DNA of 64,000 nucleotides from Basidiobolus meristosporus CBS 931.73 (lineage: Eukaryota > Fungi > Basidiobolomycota). The notes under the pieces are model-generated. The model saw nothing but the letters and a program-made list of their open reading frames with translations, did not search any database and was not told where the DNA came from. The stretch lies in NCBI GenBank assembly GCA_002104905.1, contig MCFE01000155.1, positions 1-64,000 on the forward strand, given 5' to 3'. Both the position numbers and the translations under genes were made by a program. Below are positions 50,820 through 64,000 of this stretch, one piece after another. Each line of letters starts with the position of its first letter. Position 1 is the stretch's first letter.

Positions 50820-52560
50820 CACATATTGCTTGAATCAAGGAAAACTATGGCCTCCTGCTTACTAACCTCTACATACATGCACACCTGCTGCAATTGACAC
50901 ACTTATATCACTTCAACTTTACAGCTTTTCAGTATGATACCTGAAAGTTATCTTATACCATGTATTGCTGGCATCATACACATCTTGCAAATAGGTACTT
51001 GGTTGCTGCCACTCTTGCCATGAACACTTCCTGAATATCTGCAAAGAATTTTGAATACATGGTCAATATATTCCTTCACCCTGCTGGATTACAATCCCCC
51101 TTGAAGGTGTGCCCTGCATTGTATTTGTATGAATTCTGAATCAAAAGGTGCAGAAATTGGCTTGTTATTAGGAGAAATTCAGTACACTTTGGTAAAGTGG
51201 TCCAAAAAAAATGCAGTTGCTTGCTGCATCCAACCCAGCCTTGCATTACTTAACTGATTGCCCATGTATTGGGGCTGATTAGCTTTTTGATGCTAAAGGC
51301 ATAGGTGTCTGCATTTTCACATCTGTACACAGTACTTTCCAACTCATCCTGACTGGCCTATATGTGCTAACTCACCAAATCCATTACAGATTTGAAGGTA
51401 ATATTTTTGATGGGATTGGGATGAGATAGTACTGGCAACTTGACTTGTGATCCTATCTCTCCACACATCCACTTCATAGGAAACTGCCCAAGGGTAAAGC
51501 AAGGCCTAGTAGTGCAATAGTTTTGTCTTGAAAATATTGTGGAATCATTCCCTTTGACAATAGAGTGGTGACAAAGCCTAAGTATTCCTAGCAAGCTTGT
51601 GCCAGAGGTTATTGCATCCAGTGAACACCCCACATACAAAACATCTGAAAAGTATTGCATATATCTCTCTATTAGACTTATACACCAACACAGCAGCAGA
51701 GATCAACATGGTCAGATTTATGCTTGCAATATAGCCACTCATATCCAGTAACAATCTCCTCACATAAAAGTTATAAGAATGCCAAATTGGCATTGGTGAG
51801 TTGCTTCTAGATAAGTATTCCTACAATGTCAACTTATGACTCCCAATGCTTCCAGTGTACTCTTGATAGAAATTGCTTTGAAAGCCCATTGAGCAAATAT
51901 ATATCTATTGCATCCCATCCTTGCATTTGCATTGTTGAATATGCAAATGAATACTGATTAGAGCTCATGCCAAGTACCTTGGGTAGTAGATACTCTGTAA
52001 CATCCTGCCAATTCTTTCAAATTTCTTCAGTATCTCAAAGGGCTCATTTTGCTTTAAATGCCCCATGTACAGCTTGGTCATTAGTATTGGGATATTGGTG
52101 AGCAGTGTGTAGGTTGCTCCCAGTCCCTATGAGAGATAATTTGGTCCTGCAGGTGGAGCCAATCTGGATCAGCTGTCAGGATCCCATCAGGAGACCATAA
52201 TAATACCAGCAGCTTGAAATCAATGATCCTCTACACAATCTTATGACCATATTATAATGGCATTTGGCCAATTTTACTACCAAATAAAGTTAAAACATTA
52301 CAGTGTTTGGTCAGTATTTTGCCAAGGGTGGAATGATATTGTTGCGGTCTTTGTGGGCCCTACATCTTTTTGAGTGGATCTTACCAGCCAGTACATCCAA
52401 TTGCCTTATATGGCAAAATGCTAGCCAGTGTTTTGACAATGTAGTGGGTCACAGTGACATCCACTGACAGATATGCCCATTCCCATAATTTCTACTTCCC
52501 TATATCTCTACTACCCTGATTTAGTTTATCCCATTTGTCTTATCTGAATAGTACTATCCC
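50330..52560 (-). mobile_element. Heavily decayed dispersed repeat, possibly non-LTR retrotransposon remnants
   Basis: Segments recur at 40030-40330, 52120-52420, 55600-55930 (inverted) and 55930-56215. No intact ORF; only weak LINE-like fragments such as KRNYHLVNW. Almost no CpG. Confidence 0.35.
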
Positions 52561-52944
52561 ATAAGCTAGCTAACTAAAATACCTGCTTATTTATTGTATA
52601 AGTTATCACTCACTTTGTGTAAGATTACTAGAACTAAGTGCTTCCATATCAGGCAAGTATAAGCACCAGTACCTGCAGCACATAATCCAACTGTGCCACA
52701 ATCCCTACCATTTTCAGACCATATGTGATACCCTTATGTTACACAAGTCTCAGAATACTGATCCCTGATTGATTGGATGTGCTGTGTCTCTTAGAACCTT
52801 CCATCATCTACTTGGAACATTCTTAGCTGATACTGATGTCATTAAGATTTCTCTTGGTCTGCAGCACCTTCTGGAACACCATGAATAGTAATCACTTAGC
52901 CAGTGAGAAAGGTACATAAGGGAGGCAATTCCTCAGCAATAAAT

Positions 52945-55021
52945 CATCATCCATTTTATGCCATGAACTTGGCAGAAGTGGGTGAAGAGTTTTGAGGTAT
53001 ATTCTCCACCATTGTCAGAGCGTATTTTCTTGATTCTTTCTCCAGTTTCTCTCTTCACCATGGCTTTGAACTCCCTGAACTTAGACAGAGCTTCTTCCTT
53101 TCTCTCTATGAAGTTAACCCACATGTATCTTGTATAATCATTAACAAAAGTGACTAAATACTTGATCCCACCTGAGGATAAATTTTGCATTGGTCCACGC
53201 AGATCTGAGTGAATTAGATCTAGTTTTTTCTTAGTTTTGATTAATCCAGTGCTCTTGAACAGTTGTCTGGCTGGTTTCCCATTTATGCAGGCTTCACAGT
53301 GCTCCAAATTAGCTGGGGGATCAATATTTACTCCAGAAATTAGCTGATCTTTGATCATTTTGCACAAATAATCAAAATTGATGTGCCCAAATCTCCTTTG
53401 CCAAAGCATTGGTGCTTCTTCATTTAAGTTACTGATATTGGCTTTCAGATATGTTGGATTATAAGTCAACTTGTATAGATTCTGATCTCTGATACCCAAA
53501 GCAATATGAGCACCATTTTGATCAGTGATCTTGCATCCAAAAGTGTCAAAGCTGAAGCTGAGTCCTTCTGCTGCTGCCTTGCTTACAGATAGTAGGTTAT
53601 TGGCTGTTTCTGGTACATGGAGTACTTCTTTAAAGGTCAGTGTATGGCTTCCTTTACTGCTTCTAAGGTTTACTTGGATAGTTCCTTCTCCCACTGCATC
53701 AAGTGTTCATTACCACCCATGAAAACCTTCTTAATTGGAATTTCTTGATATTGGGTAAAAAGTTCTTTTTGGTGTATAAAGTGATGAGATGCTCCAGAGT
53801 CAATATACCACATCTGAGAATCCTTGTTTGTGGCCATATTTAGTGCAGATATGAATAGTCTAACTTCAGTTGTTGCAGCATTTCCATATTTAGGCTTTTT
53901 CTGCTGATTATCTTTTGTTTTGAAGGACCAGTCTTAGGTGTGTTCTTTGCTTTTGCAGTAGTTACAAAACAGGTTGCTGTTAACTTTGTAGGGTCTTAGG
54001 TACCTTCTTTGTTGGTTATCATTGCTTATTAAAGCATTTTCCTCTTCCTTCTTATTTGCGCTTGATTTCCTTAATTATTCATCCAGGAGCCTTCCATATA
54101 TGTAATTTAAGGTCAAATCTTCAGTTCTGGACTCTGGGGCTGATACAAGGCCCTGAAACTTGTCTGTCAGGCTATTCAGGATGGTAACTATCACATCCTC
54201 ATCAGTAGTTGGTATGCTCACAGATTCTGTTTAATCCATCAGCAGGGTATTCTGTTAAGTAGATTTTTCATTTCTTCTCCTAGCAGCATCTTTGTAGTAA
54301 AGAAGTTTTGTCTCAGATACATTTTCTTTGCAGCTGAACATGACTGTTAGGTGTCTTCTAATGCCTTCAAGGCATTCTTTGCTGTTTTTGCCCTTGAGCA
54401 TTGAATAAGCAATTTGTCTTTAACACTAAGGCAAATGCAGTTAAAGGCACTTTGTTCTTTCTTCTGGTACTTTAAGGCTTCCTCTCCCATGCTTTTAGGA
54501 GGGCATTCTTCTCCCATGACAATATCCTAAAGGCCTCTTTCTTGTAGCAGCATCTTCATCTTCACCTTCCACACTTGGTTGTTAGATTCATCCAACTTTT
54601 CAGCAGAGGGAAAAGCTCCAGTAATAGCAGTAGTAGACATTGCAGAGAGTGACAGCTTGGGGCTCATAACCTGTTGTAAGAGTCTTGGAGATATTGGAAG
54701 TGATTGGGAGAACAAGTAGACTATGTGATTCTCACTTAATGATTTATTGAATGTAAAAGTAGTATTTATACTTTTACCTGGTCTTAACATTACAAACATG
54801 TAGAATAGGTTTAGGAAGGTCCCAAGAACATGTGTGCAAAGTTTAGGGCTGTTTGGACAACTTTGAGAATTTTCATGTTCTGGGTACCTAGTATTTTGGT
54901 GAAAGTATTCTAAGCAAATACCAACAAGGAATTTGGTCAATATCCTCTAGGATTGGAAGGTAATGATCTCAGTGACTAAGTTAAGTGAATATTTAGGTGG
55001 AAATTATAAATTTGTACAACA
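52945..55021 (-). mobile_element. 3'-truncated copia copy: 5' LTR 54672-55021, PBS, decayed gag, protease and integrase N-part
   Basis: ORFs 54527-54940 and 52933-53694 closely match the young element. Similarity ends within integrase, and no 3' LTR is present. Confidence 0.9.
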
Positions 55022-55029
55022 TGTATGAG

Positions 55030-58000
55030 CTTGGTCAAATCCCAATATGCAATGAGACAACACCTGTTGAAACAAATGCCAAGGATACTGTATGAAGCCA
55101 AGTGAGCCCAGTAATCCATCTACTGATGAATGATGTAATGTTGTGGCTAGGGTAGTGTCACATCTCCACTTATATCAGTAATGGGGGCTTTGAGGGATTT
55201 ATTAATACTCCTCGTCATATTATTCTGGGATGCAACTTAGCATGTACATGGTACAAGTGGACAACTTTCATGCAGCTGGCAACATACAACCCAGAGACTC
55301 TTCTGACTCCAGTATGTGTTAACAGTTGCATGGCATTCACATCCAAAAATGCTACCATTGCAATGTGTCAAATTGTCAGGAATCCACCACCATTGAGGGA
55401 AAATGTTTGCACTTGGGATATATTCTGGTAATACCCTGTCTAAAGAAGCTAATGCAATCCAACCAATATTGCAAAGCTATACAATACCATACCCAGTATC
55501 ACTGAAGTGCAAACATATCCAATCTATTCAATGGCAAACATTACAAACAGCTAAGAAGCAAGGGCTACTTTCAAAGTATCTAATAATGCTATCAGAGTCT
55601 TGCTGTTAGGCTGTTGAAAAACCATCAAGTTTTTTGCCATATAAGGCAATTGGATGTCCTGGCTAGTTAGATCCATCTGAAATAGTTGGAGAGCGCATTA
55701 AGACTGCAACAATACCATGTAACTAATGTCACAGCACCAATCAAACCCTGTCAAGTTTAATAACTTTATTTGGCAGTAAAATTAGCAAATGCCATTGTGA
55801 TCCCATCATAAGATTGTTACGAGGGTTACCAATTCCAAGCAGCTGGTATTACAACAGTCTCTAAGTAGGATCCTGATGGCTGATCCAGATCAGATCCACC
55901 TGTAGGACCAAGTTATTTTTCATAGGGTTTGCCAGAGGTTATTGCACCCAGTGAACACACCATACACAACACCATTAAGAAGTGTTGGACAAATATCTCC
56001 CTTGAACTTATACTCCACCACAACAGCCTCATTGCAAGCCTCCAATGGTACTATTATGGCATTATGGTAGCCTACAACCAATTCTGCATAATGCTACTGT
56101 ACCAATTTACTAAATATTATTTCCTTTTTCCACCTCCACTTGTGCAATTCACATATTCCACTATAGAGTCACCCCTCTTTATTTGCTTACCCACTACTAG
56201 CTTGGGTATTCCTCATGAAGTCCCTATGAGAAATTATTAAGATGATCCCATCAAAAGGCTGTCACAGATTTGAAGTCCCACAACCAGGAGGTATTGATTC
56301 CATCAAGACACCATGCAAAGACCATCAAAAGATGATTGCACCCCAGATATTGTAAAACTTGGTCAAAATATCTTGTCACAACAACACAAAAGTGGCCTTT
56401 CATTGGTTCTCTACCAATTCTCTCACTTACTGATCCCAGACACTCTATCACCTCCTACATTTGTGTGCATTGATTGGCTATTGCCTTTTTTTCACACTCC
56501 TTACTTCCTGACTCAATTGTTTATCTAATTTTTCATGCATACAAATTGATTTATTCCCATTGAAACTTCAGTTCTACCTCAATTGCCAATTGAATTGGCC
56601 TATACAAGTCCCTATACTCTACACAAACATTAATCCCAACCCCACACTCAACAAGTAACTCCATTGAATCCACCACTCAATCAGTATTTCTGCTGTAACA
56701 CTCTGTTTCCACAACCTTGGGAACCCAACAGCTTTATGCCATTGTTCATTCACTGGTTCCCATATGTCCTGGTCTTCAGTTGATACTGAAAGGTCTAGCT
56801 CCTCATCACCCAGTCTTTGCAATAAATACTTGCAATATTCAAGTGCATTTTCTTAACACCACTGGTGTTAGCAAACTTGTAGTCAGCGCATATCAAAGCT
56901 TTGATGGGACTATTAGGTGCAGTGAATGACAAGATAGAGGCAGTGGCCCAAAGAAATCAGCAAACAGACCAGAGGCAGTATGAGTGGATAAAAGGTGTAG
57001 AGCAATCAATATATCATGCAGAGAAAGCTGTATCTCTGCTGCAAAGAAGGAACTCAAGTAGATCAATGTCACAGCCAACAATTGAGCCATTTTATGATGT
57101 AACAGCAGCTGAACACTGTACAGTCTTTAAAGCACAACAACAGTGCCCAAATGTAATGCCCACAGAAAAACTTATCACAGCTTAGGAGGGGGAAAATATA
57201 GTGTTTATACCAGAGCCTAAAAGTCAAAAGTCATTGAAGACCTGTGAGCCCATTGTGTGCAATGCTGAAGGGTGGGCTAATATTTAAGAGGCCATTAGAA
57301 GTGTAGCATGCCAACATCATAAGGTCATCATACCATGGGACCATCAGGAACTCACAACCAAGCAAAATGAGCTTGACTTGTTCCTTGAGTGTTCTCTTGG
57401 ATTTAAACAAGCAAATAGATTTTGGGCCAGCATTGGTATGCCAAGAGCATATCTCAAGATTAGCAGAAACTATTAAAGGCAGAAGAACAAGGGTGCAATG
57501 GCTCAAAACCAGTGGTGTCCTCAAGAGCCTGTTACAAGCAGAGCCAAGAGCTCCAAACAAGCACCAAAGAGACATCAGGTAGCTGGAAGAGTGCCAATAA
57601 GGAAGATCAGGCAGACACCAATGCACCAGCACAACCCTTATCAAGGAAAAAGCAAAGTTTTGCTCAAGTAGCACTCAGTCAATAGTGGCAGTGAAGGACC
57701 TGGCAGTGTTGAAAACCAGCAACTTTTAGAGGAGCCTGTCACCACTACAATTGAGAGCTCAAAAGAAGTAGAAAAGAAACATCAGGTTGCCAGAGGAGTA
57801 CCAGCAAGGGATAAGCAGGCCAAAATAGATGCATCAGAGCAGATTTTAGCAACAAGAAAACATGGTTCATTACAAGAAGCACTCAGACAAAGTAGCAGTG
57901 AAAGACTTGGCAGTAATAAAGGAAACAGTAAAGGGAAAAATGGCTACCCAAGCCCAAGACAGGGAAGCATGCAAGAGAACTGCAGTTTGTGCCAATAAAT

Positions 58001-58900
58001 GCCACAAGCCTGGAACAGACTGAATCCCATCATACCCATGAAGAATTGATAAAAAGAAGTATATGCTCTGCTCTGGAGCTGGTACAATTCTTTTTCATAT
58101 CTGGCTGAATTAGGTATGTATCTTCTTAATTAGTGGTGATTGCAATATCTGGCAGTTGGCTAGTGATTTCAATGACTTTCTGATCTGAGTTCTGTTCAAA
58201 TACAACATTCCTGCACTTGATCAGCTTCTGTGCTCTGTCATAATAAACTCACTACCTTATAGAATCTTCACAATACCCAAGAAAGATCCCTTTTTTACTG
58301 TTTGGCTCAAACTTTGAGCATCTTTTTTCTGGGATATGATATATTATGTTAGAGCCAAAGATCCTGGGATGCTGGAGGTCTGGTTTTTAGCCTGCAAATG
58401 CTGAAAAGGGTGCAAAATCACAAAGTGCTGCTGTGTGGCATCTATTCTTCTTGTATATGGCTGTAGCTACAGATTCAGCACAAAACCTATGGTCTTTTCC
58501 CTTGTTTTCTAGCTCACTTCTATCTATCTTTACTGTTAGTCTCTTTGCACATTGTGATACCTCATCATGTTGCAGAGCATATGAAGTAAGGGTAAGTTGA
58601 GATATACCAGAATTTGATCAGTACTCTGCAAACTCCTTAGAGCAGCATTGCCCTGCATTTTCAATTTGAACTACCTTTAATGTACTCAGGGAGTAAAGTT
58701 GTATCCCAGATATTTAGCTGCTTGATTTATAGTCACTGTACTGTGGGGTTTTCCAGATAAAAGTGCACTTGCACTATGCAAATCTAGTAGTAAAAAGCAA
58801 GCTTATGTATCTTGAATGTTTACAAGGTTCTGGGCATCCCTTACAGACACTTAATTTTGTATGCATCAAGTAGTATAAGGCTAAAATAAGTTGATTCTCC
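55030..58900. mobile_element. Decayed repeat region with probable LINE-like fragments
   Basis: Shares segments with 50330-52560. A minus-strand AAKYLGYNFT resembling a late RT motif lies near 58700-58740. Stop-riddled and CpG-depleted. Confidence 0.3.
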
Positions 58901-58959
58901 ACTAGTTGGCACATATGCTGTTCCTCAACGTGTCCTAGTCTCCTATTTCACATTTCCTA

Positions 58960-59930
58960 GCTGGTTGCATCAGCTTCAGCAGTGTTAACATACTCAGGTA
59001 CAATGATATCTCATTGTAACTTGGATATATTGTATCTATGTTACATGAATAGTGAATGTACCACAGATTTTGAGCTTAATCTGCTGCTATCATGGTATAC
59101 ATTGAAAATAGATTCCCTACAACAGTGCTACATGCTTCTACACCCTTTAAAGCATATACCAACAAAGAGCTGGACCTCCAGCACCTTGGGATCATCAACA
59201 GTGATGTACCCTCTCATGTCCCTAACAAAAAATGTGTAATGTCCAAATCAAAAAGTAGAAAAGAAATATTTGTTGGCTGTTGTGAACTACTAATAGGTAA
59301 AGAGTGTATGATGACAAAACTTGAGAACTGATCAAGTGCAGGGACATTTCATTTAGGAGAATTCAGGTCAGAAAGATCCTAGGATCATGCCAGCTACCTG
59401 ATGATGCCATCCCCAATAATAAACTAGATAAGTAACTAATCCAGCAAGATATGGAAGAAATATGTACCAGCTACAGATCAAAGCCAATCATTCCTTTTAG
59501 AGGATCTGCTAGAATAAGAAATGCCCCTGGATCTTGGTGGCCAACATTTAGTGGCCATGAAGAAGCTTATCTTGCCTTACGTGCCAAACCTCAGAATCTG
59601 GAGTCAACAATGCAAATTCCAGATACTGCCAGAAAGCAACAAGCCATGCAGGAGGAGTACTAATCACTGTTGAAGGCAAAAATGTGGGAAATGGTAGATT
59701 TAGCAAGTAGGAGAAAGCCAATAAGAAGTTTGTGGGTCTACAGAATCAAAATAACTGCAAATGGAATTGTTGACAACTACAAAGCTAGATTGGTGGCTAG
59801 AAGCTTATCCAAAATTCAAGGACTAGACTTTAAGGAAACAAATGCTCCAGTAGCCAAATTTAACTCCATTAGGACAGCCCTAGCCCTGGCAGCTTTAAGT
59901 AAAAGTGCCACTACATTCAAACAGCTTCCT
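58960..59930 (+). mobile_element. Degenerate Ty1/copia remnant of a second family (integrase C-part and RT N-part)
   Basis: VYIENRFPT...TPF (integrase) and WEMVDL...WVYRIK...[31 protein letters not shown] (copia RT), interrupted by stops. Confidence 0.8.
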
Positions 59931-60759
59931 GAAAGTTCCAAGCCCACATTATACAATCAAATATTCTATTGAAGCTTCCCATTAGTGTTTATGTAATTCC
60001 ATACCCTATGAAATAGTTGTATATCCCACAACCTAGTCACATTATCAGATGACACCTGGGATATCCCCATTCAATACTCTGGTCTGTTCTTTAGTGTACA
60101 TCTATCTTGGCACACTTGCTGTGTCTCATAGTAGAGCCCAATCAATATTAGCAAATATCCCTTAGCATCCATATTGCCACAAAGTATATGTATTCCTATT
60201 TCCTGTTATGCTTTGCTCAGTCTGGTAAGCACAGGCTTTGAGCTAACCAACTTTCCTTGAAATCTGCCTTGCCCTTTGGATCCACACCTTTGTCCTTTGC
60301 TGGTCCTGCCTTGCCAAACTCTACTCTCTTGTTTTGTGTCAACTCAAAGCAGTTTTACACAAAATTCTTGATGAGAACTTGTAAAGGAATATGGCAGTAA
60401 GTATCACCCTGAATCTTTCTCTAGTCTTTTCCTTCAAAGGCAAGGATACTTTTTCTTTGCAAATTGTTGGCCAAAGCTACATTCACTTTGTTACCCTGCT
60501 GGTATGGCCACTGCTGTTACAATATTGGGAGTCACAGTATAATATTCCATCAAAAGACATTAAAGCCAGTACCTTCTGAGGTAACACTGCCTTCTCCAAA
60601 GTTGGGGACTGTGGCTCAATAATTATATTCTGACAAACTGGTGGCTTAATTGACCACAATTAGCAAGTAATATTCAGTATTCCTGAACAAGTTCAAGAGA
60701 CTCATTGCCTCCTGTTGCCTTGTCTTGTCCAGATCATAGTACTACTTTGCAAGTCTCAT

Positions 60760-63560
60760 GACTACTTTTGCCCAGCTGCAACAGGACAATACAGACCACA
60801 GATATTATGTTGCTCCGCTTCAGAGTCAAAATGCTCAACAGCCAATCCATACTCCCCCTTTCCATGAACCCAAGATCACTTTTACCACCATATTCAATAG
60901 CTCCTAAAATGGACTTCATGGTGTCATCAACGCAGTCAAGAACCACTGGTCACATTGATCCAGCTGGGTCCCAAGAGATCTAGCAAAATATTTTTGAGTT
61001 ATGCTGTCCCAATTAGCCAATTTCAGAATGTGCTCAATGATGATGTGAGTCTCCTACTATTTATACTTCCTGACCCAACTACTTTGGGTGAAGCCATATA
61101 TCAAGCAAACATATATGACAGTTGGCATTTCTGGAAGAAGCAGAAATCACAACATAGTTATCAGCCAGCCTCCTTCCAAGCTGCTCAGTAACTCAGTCCT
61201 AAGCAGGATGATTCTGCACATATGAAAGTGCTAAATACAAGAAGCTCACAAAAACAGAAACATCTAGACCCCAACAGGCACACCTCTTCCTTTACTGTGG
61301 CCAGCCAGGCCACTTTACCAAATCCTGTCCTAACAAGAAGTCCAGCTTCAAGCTACTGCACTCATCCAGTACTTGCACTCAAGGATTCTGGTGTTTCTTC
61401 CTGTTTCATTGATTAATCTTTTGCCTACACACACAAAATCTCTACCATGTTGATATTTGGTCCTGTCCTAGTAGTGGTTATTGATGGAAAATCCTCCTTC
61501 ACTGGTGTTCTTACCTAAGAGACATGTCTACTCCTGGTGTCCAGTAGTAGTATCCATGAGCCACTAGCCTTCAACATCATCAATTCCTCCCACTACTGCA
61601 TAGTCCTTGGAGGTTTCCGGCTAAGCCACCATTACTTGGCTATCAATTGGGAGAGCAAGACCTTGACATTACCCAGAACTCACCATGCCAACTCTGTGAT
61701 GAGACCTGACTCTTTAGGTAAGCATGAGCCTCTCCCCAAGCTACTCCAGGAGCCTGTCATTGCCAAAGGAGCCACCTCCAATGGAACACTTGCCAACTAT
61801 GAAAAGTTTTCTCATGTCTATGACAACTCAAAAGCAGAACTATTCCCTGCCTATACATCCTATGAATGTCTGTTGCCCTTGATGAAGCAAAGCAACATCT
61901 TTGGTCATATATGCAACCTCTTACAACCCAAGTTGTAAGAACTCCATGGTATATCAAAGAAAACCTCCAAAAAGGTTTTATTCAGCATTTTAAGTCCTCA
62001 GCCAATGTCCCAATTTTCTTTGTTAAAAAAAAAGGATGGGATCCTAGAATGCATGTACACTATCAACCACTGAATCAGTTTCCAATCAAGAGCCACTACC
62101 CTTTGCCCCAGATGAACATCCTGTTGGATCAGCTCTATGCTGCTTAAATATTTACCAAAGTTAACCTCCAAGGTGCCTAAACCTTGTCAAAATGAAGCCT
62201 GGCATTCAATGGAAACTGCCTTCAGAGCCAGATATGGTCACTTTGAGTATAAGGCTATGTTGTTTGGTCTCACCTATGCCCCAGCTGTCTACCAACATCT
62301 GATAAATGTCATATTCTGTGAATACCTTGACCATTTTGTGGCCATCTAACTTAATGATATCATGATCTACTCTAAGACTCAAGAAGAATATAACATCCAT
62401 TAGAGGAAAGTCTTGGTCAAGCTTGAAACTGCTGGACTCTGTGCTAAACTGATGAAATGTGAGTCTCATCAGAAAGAGGTTGAGTTTCTAGGCTATCTTA
62501 TAAGCTCAAATAGCACAAGAATGAACTCAGGAAAGTAGAAGCTATCTAGTCTTGGAAAACTCCCTGTTCAGTAAAGGAAATGCAGTCATTCCGTGGATTT
62601 GCTAATGTCTATCATAGATTTATTGCTAACCACTCCAGGTTAGTCACTCCCTAGACAAGGCTCACCTACAAGAATCTGCCCTTTGCATGGAACAATGGTC
62701 AGTGCAAGTTCTTTGATTCTCTCAAGAAATTCTTCTTGTGTGCCCTCTTGCTTGCCCACCCTAACCTTGAGAAACCTTCATCATAGAAATTGATGCCTCT
62801 CACTTTGATCTTGGTCTTATTCTTTACCAATGTAATGACAAGAATATGCTGCACCCTATTGTGCTCTGCTCCTGGAAATTTACTCCAGATGAAGTAAATT
62901 ATGATATCTATGACACTCTATCACCTTAAGAGTACCAAAATGGAAACAAGCCAGATGGTCCCTCTTCCTGTCCAGCTTTGACTTTGGCATTACCAAAGGA
63001 TCAGGTGTAAGACAAGGTAAACCCAATGCCCTGTCCAGAAAGGTGGAGTGTGTGCTGACATCTGGAGGCCCAAGATGATATTGCTTGTTGAAGAGTACCT
63101 CCAATCCTCTGATACATGTAACTGTGCAAAATCTGCTAAACATCAGTCATATGGACTTCTGCAATCCTCACCAGTTCCTGACTAGCAATAGTAGTCAGTT
63201 CTAATGGACTTCATTACCAACCTCTCAGAACTCAACCAATTCAACTCAGTTCTAGTAGTAGTGTAAAGACAAACAAAGATGGCTCACTTCATTGCCTGCT
63301 CAAGAACTGTAGATACCAAGGAGACTGCTCACTTGGTAATCAAGAGCATTTTCCAGTATTGTGGTATCCAGCAACAGTGTATCTGACTGAAGACCACAGT
63401 TGATATCAAAGTTCTGGAAGCACTTCAAGCAATATCTTGGTGTGCAAGTCAGGTTCCCAACTGCTCTCCATCCTCAATCAGATGGCCACACTGAGTAAAT
63501 TAACCAGCTTCTGAAAAATGCCTCTGGTGCTACATCAACCATCAGCAAGACAACCAGGCC
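60760..63560 (+). mobile_element. Degenerate Ty3/gypsy retrotransposon (gag, protease, RT, RNase H, integrase remnants)
   Basis: PTTLGEAI (gag-like), IVLGG..L.HH..INW (protease end), [26 protein letters not shown] and decayed YLDDI, followed by RNase H and integrase-like fragments. Many stops and frameshifts. Confidence 0.85.
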
Positions 63561-64000
63561 CAGCTCCTTGTTGAAATATTGTACTATTTGGTATCATTCA
63601 GCAGATAATTATTCACTTAACAATTTTGGACTAGTCTTGGTCACTGTAGGACCAACTTACAGCTCTTACTTTGCCACTTTCTTCAGATCTATGATCTAAT
63701 GATTATTCCCTTATAGTCAGGATCAAATTAGCACTATTACCAAACATTATGCACTAACCCTGAAATTGTTAAAGAATTCTCCTGAATATTGAGAAACCCT
63801 CCTTACTTAGTGTTACAACTGTATCACTTCTACAAAGGTATAGATACTGAGCTTCTTTACTAATAAGCTACAGTTCAACTATTATCACTGTTTCTTGATA
63901 AGTTCCTTATATCCAAACCACTTCTTAAATTACAAGTTATGAGCCCCAATTGCCTTAATCTATTCTAATGATGACTTCTACCAGCAAACAGAACAACACA

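Overview
Eukaryotic genomic DNA with short GT-AG introns. The gene set looks fungal and most like an early-diverging (non-Dikarya) lineage; this is inference. The left ~38.8 kb is gene-rich: a 7TM-RGS protein, a UPF0014/FetB-type membrane protein, an F-box/LRR protein, a multi-exon IQGAP, two tandem YANK/STK32-like AGC kinases, a convergent pair of zinc deaminases (CDA-fold and amidohydrolase-type guanine deaminase) and an Mdm1/SNX13-14-25-type sorting nexin. The right ~25 kb is a CpG-depleted retroelement nest dominated by one Ty1/copia family with 350-bp LTRs. It holds one young, almost intact copy (GTTTT TSD, single 1-nt frameshift) inserted into the LTR of an older copy, two solo LTRs with TSDs, a truncated copy, and decayed copia, Ty3/gypsy and probable LINE remnants. 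The main findings are: a C2 domain split over small exons inside the sorting nexin (PXA-C2-RGS-PX-PXC); a ~1.65-kb gene-conversion-like tract between otherwise diverged kinase paralogs; a ~570-bp direct duplication flanking an apparently chimeric copia; half-tRNA priming plus a Ty5-like LxSSPP motif in a self-nesting element; and CpG-to-TpG/CpA decay of older copies. No rRNA, tRNA or CRISPR array was recognised.
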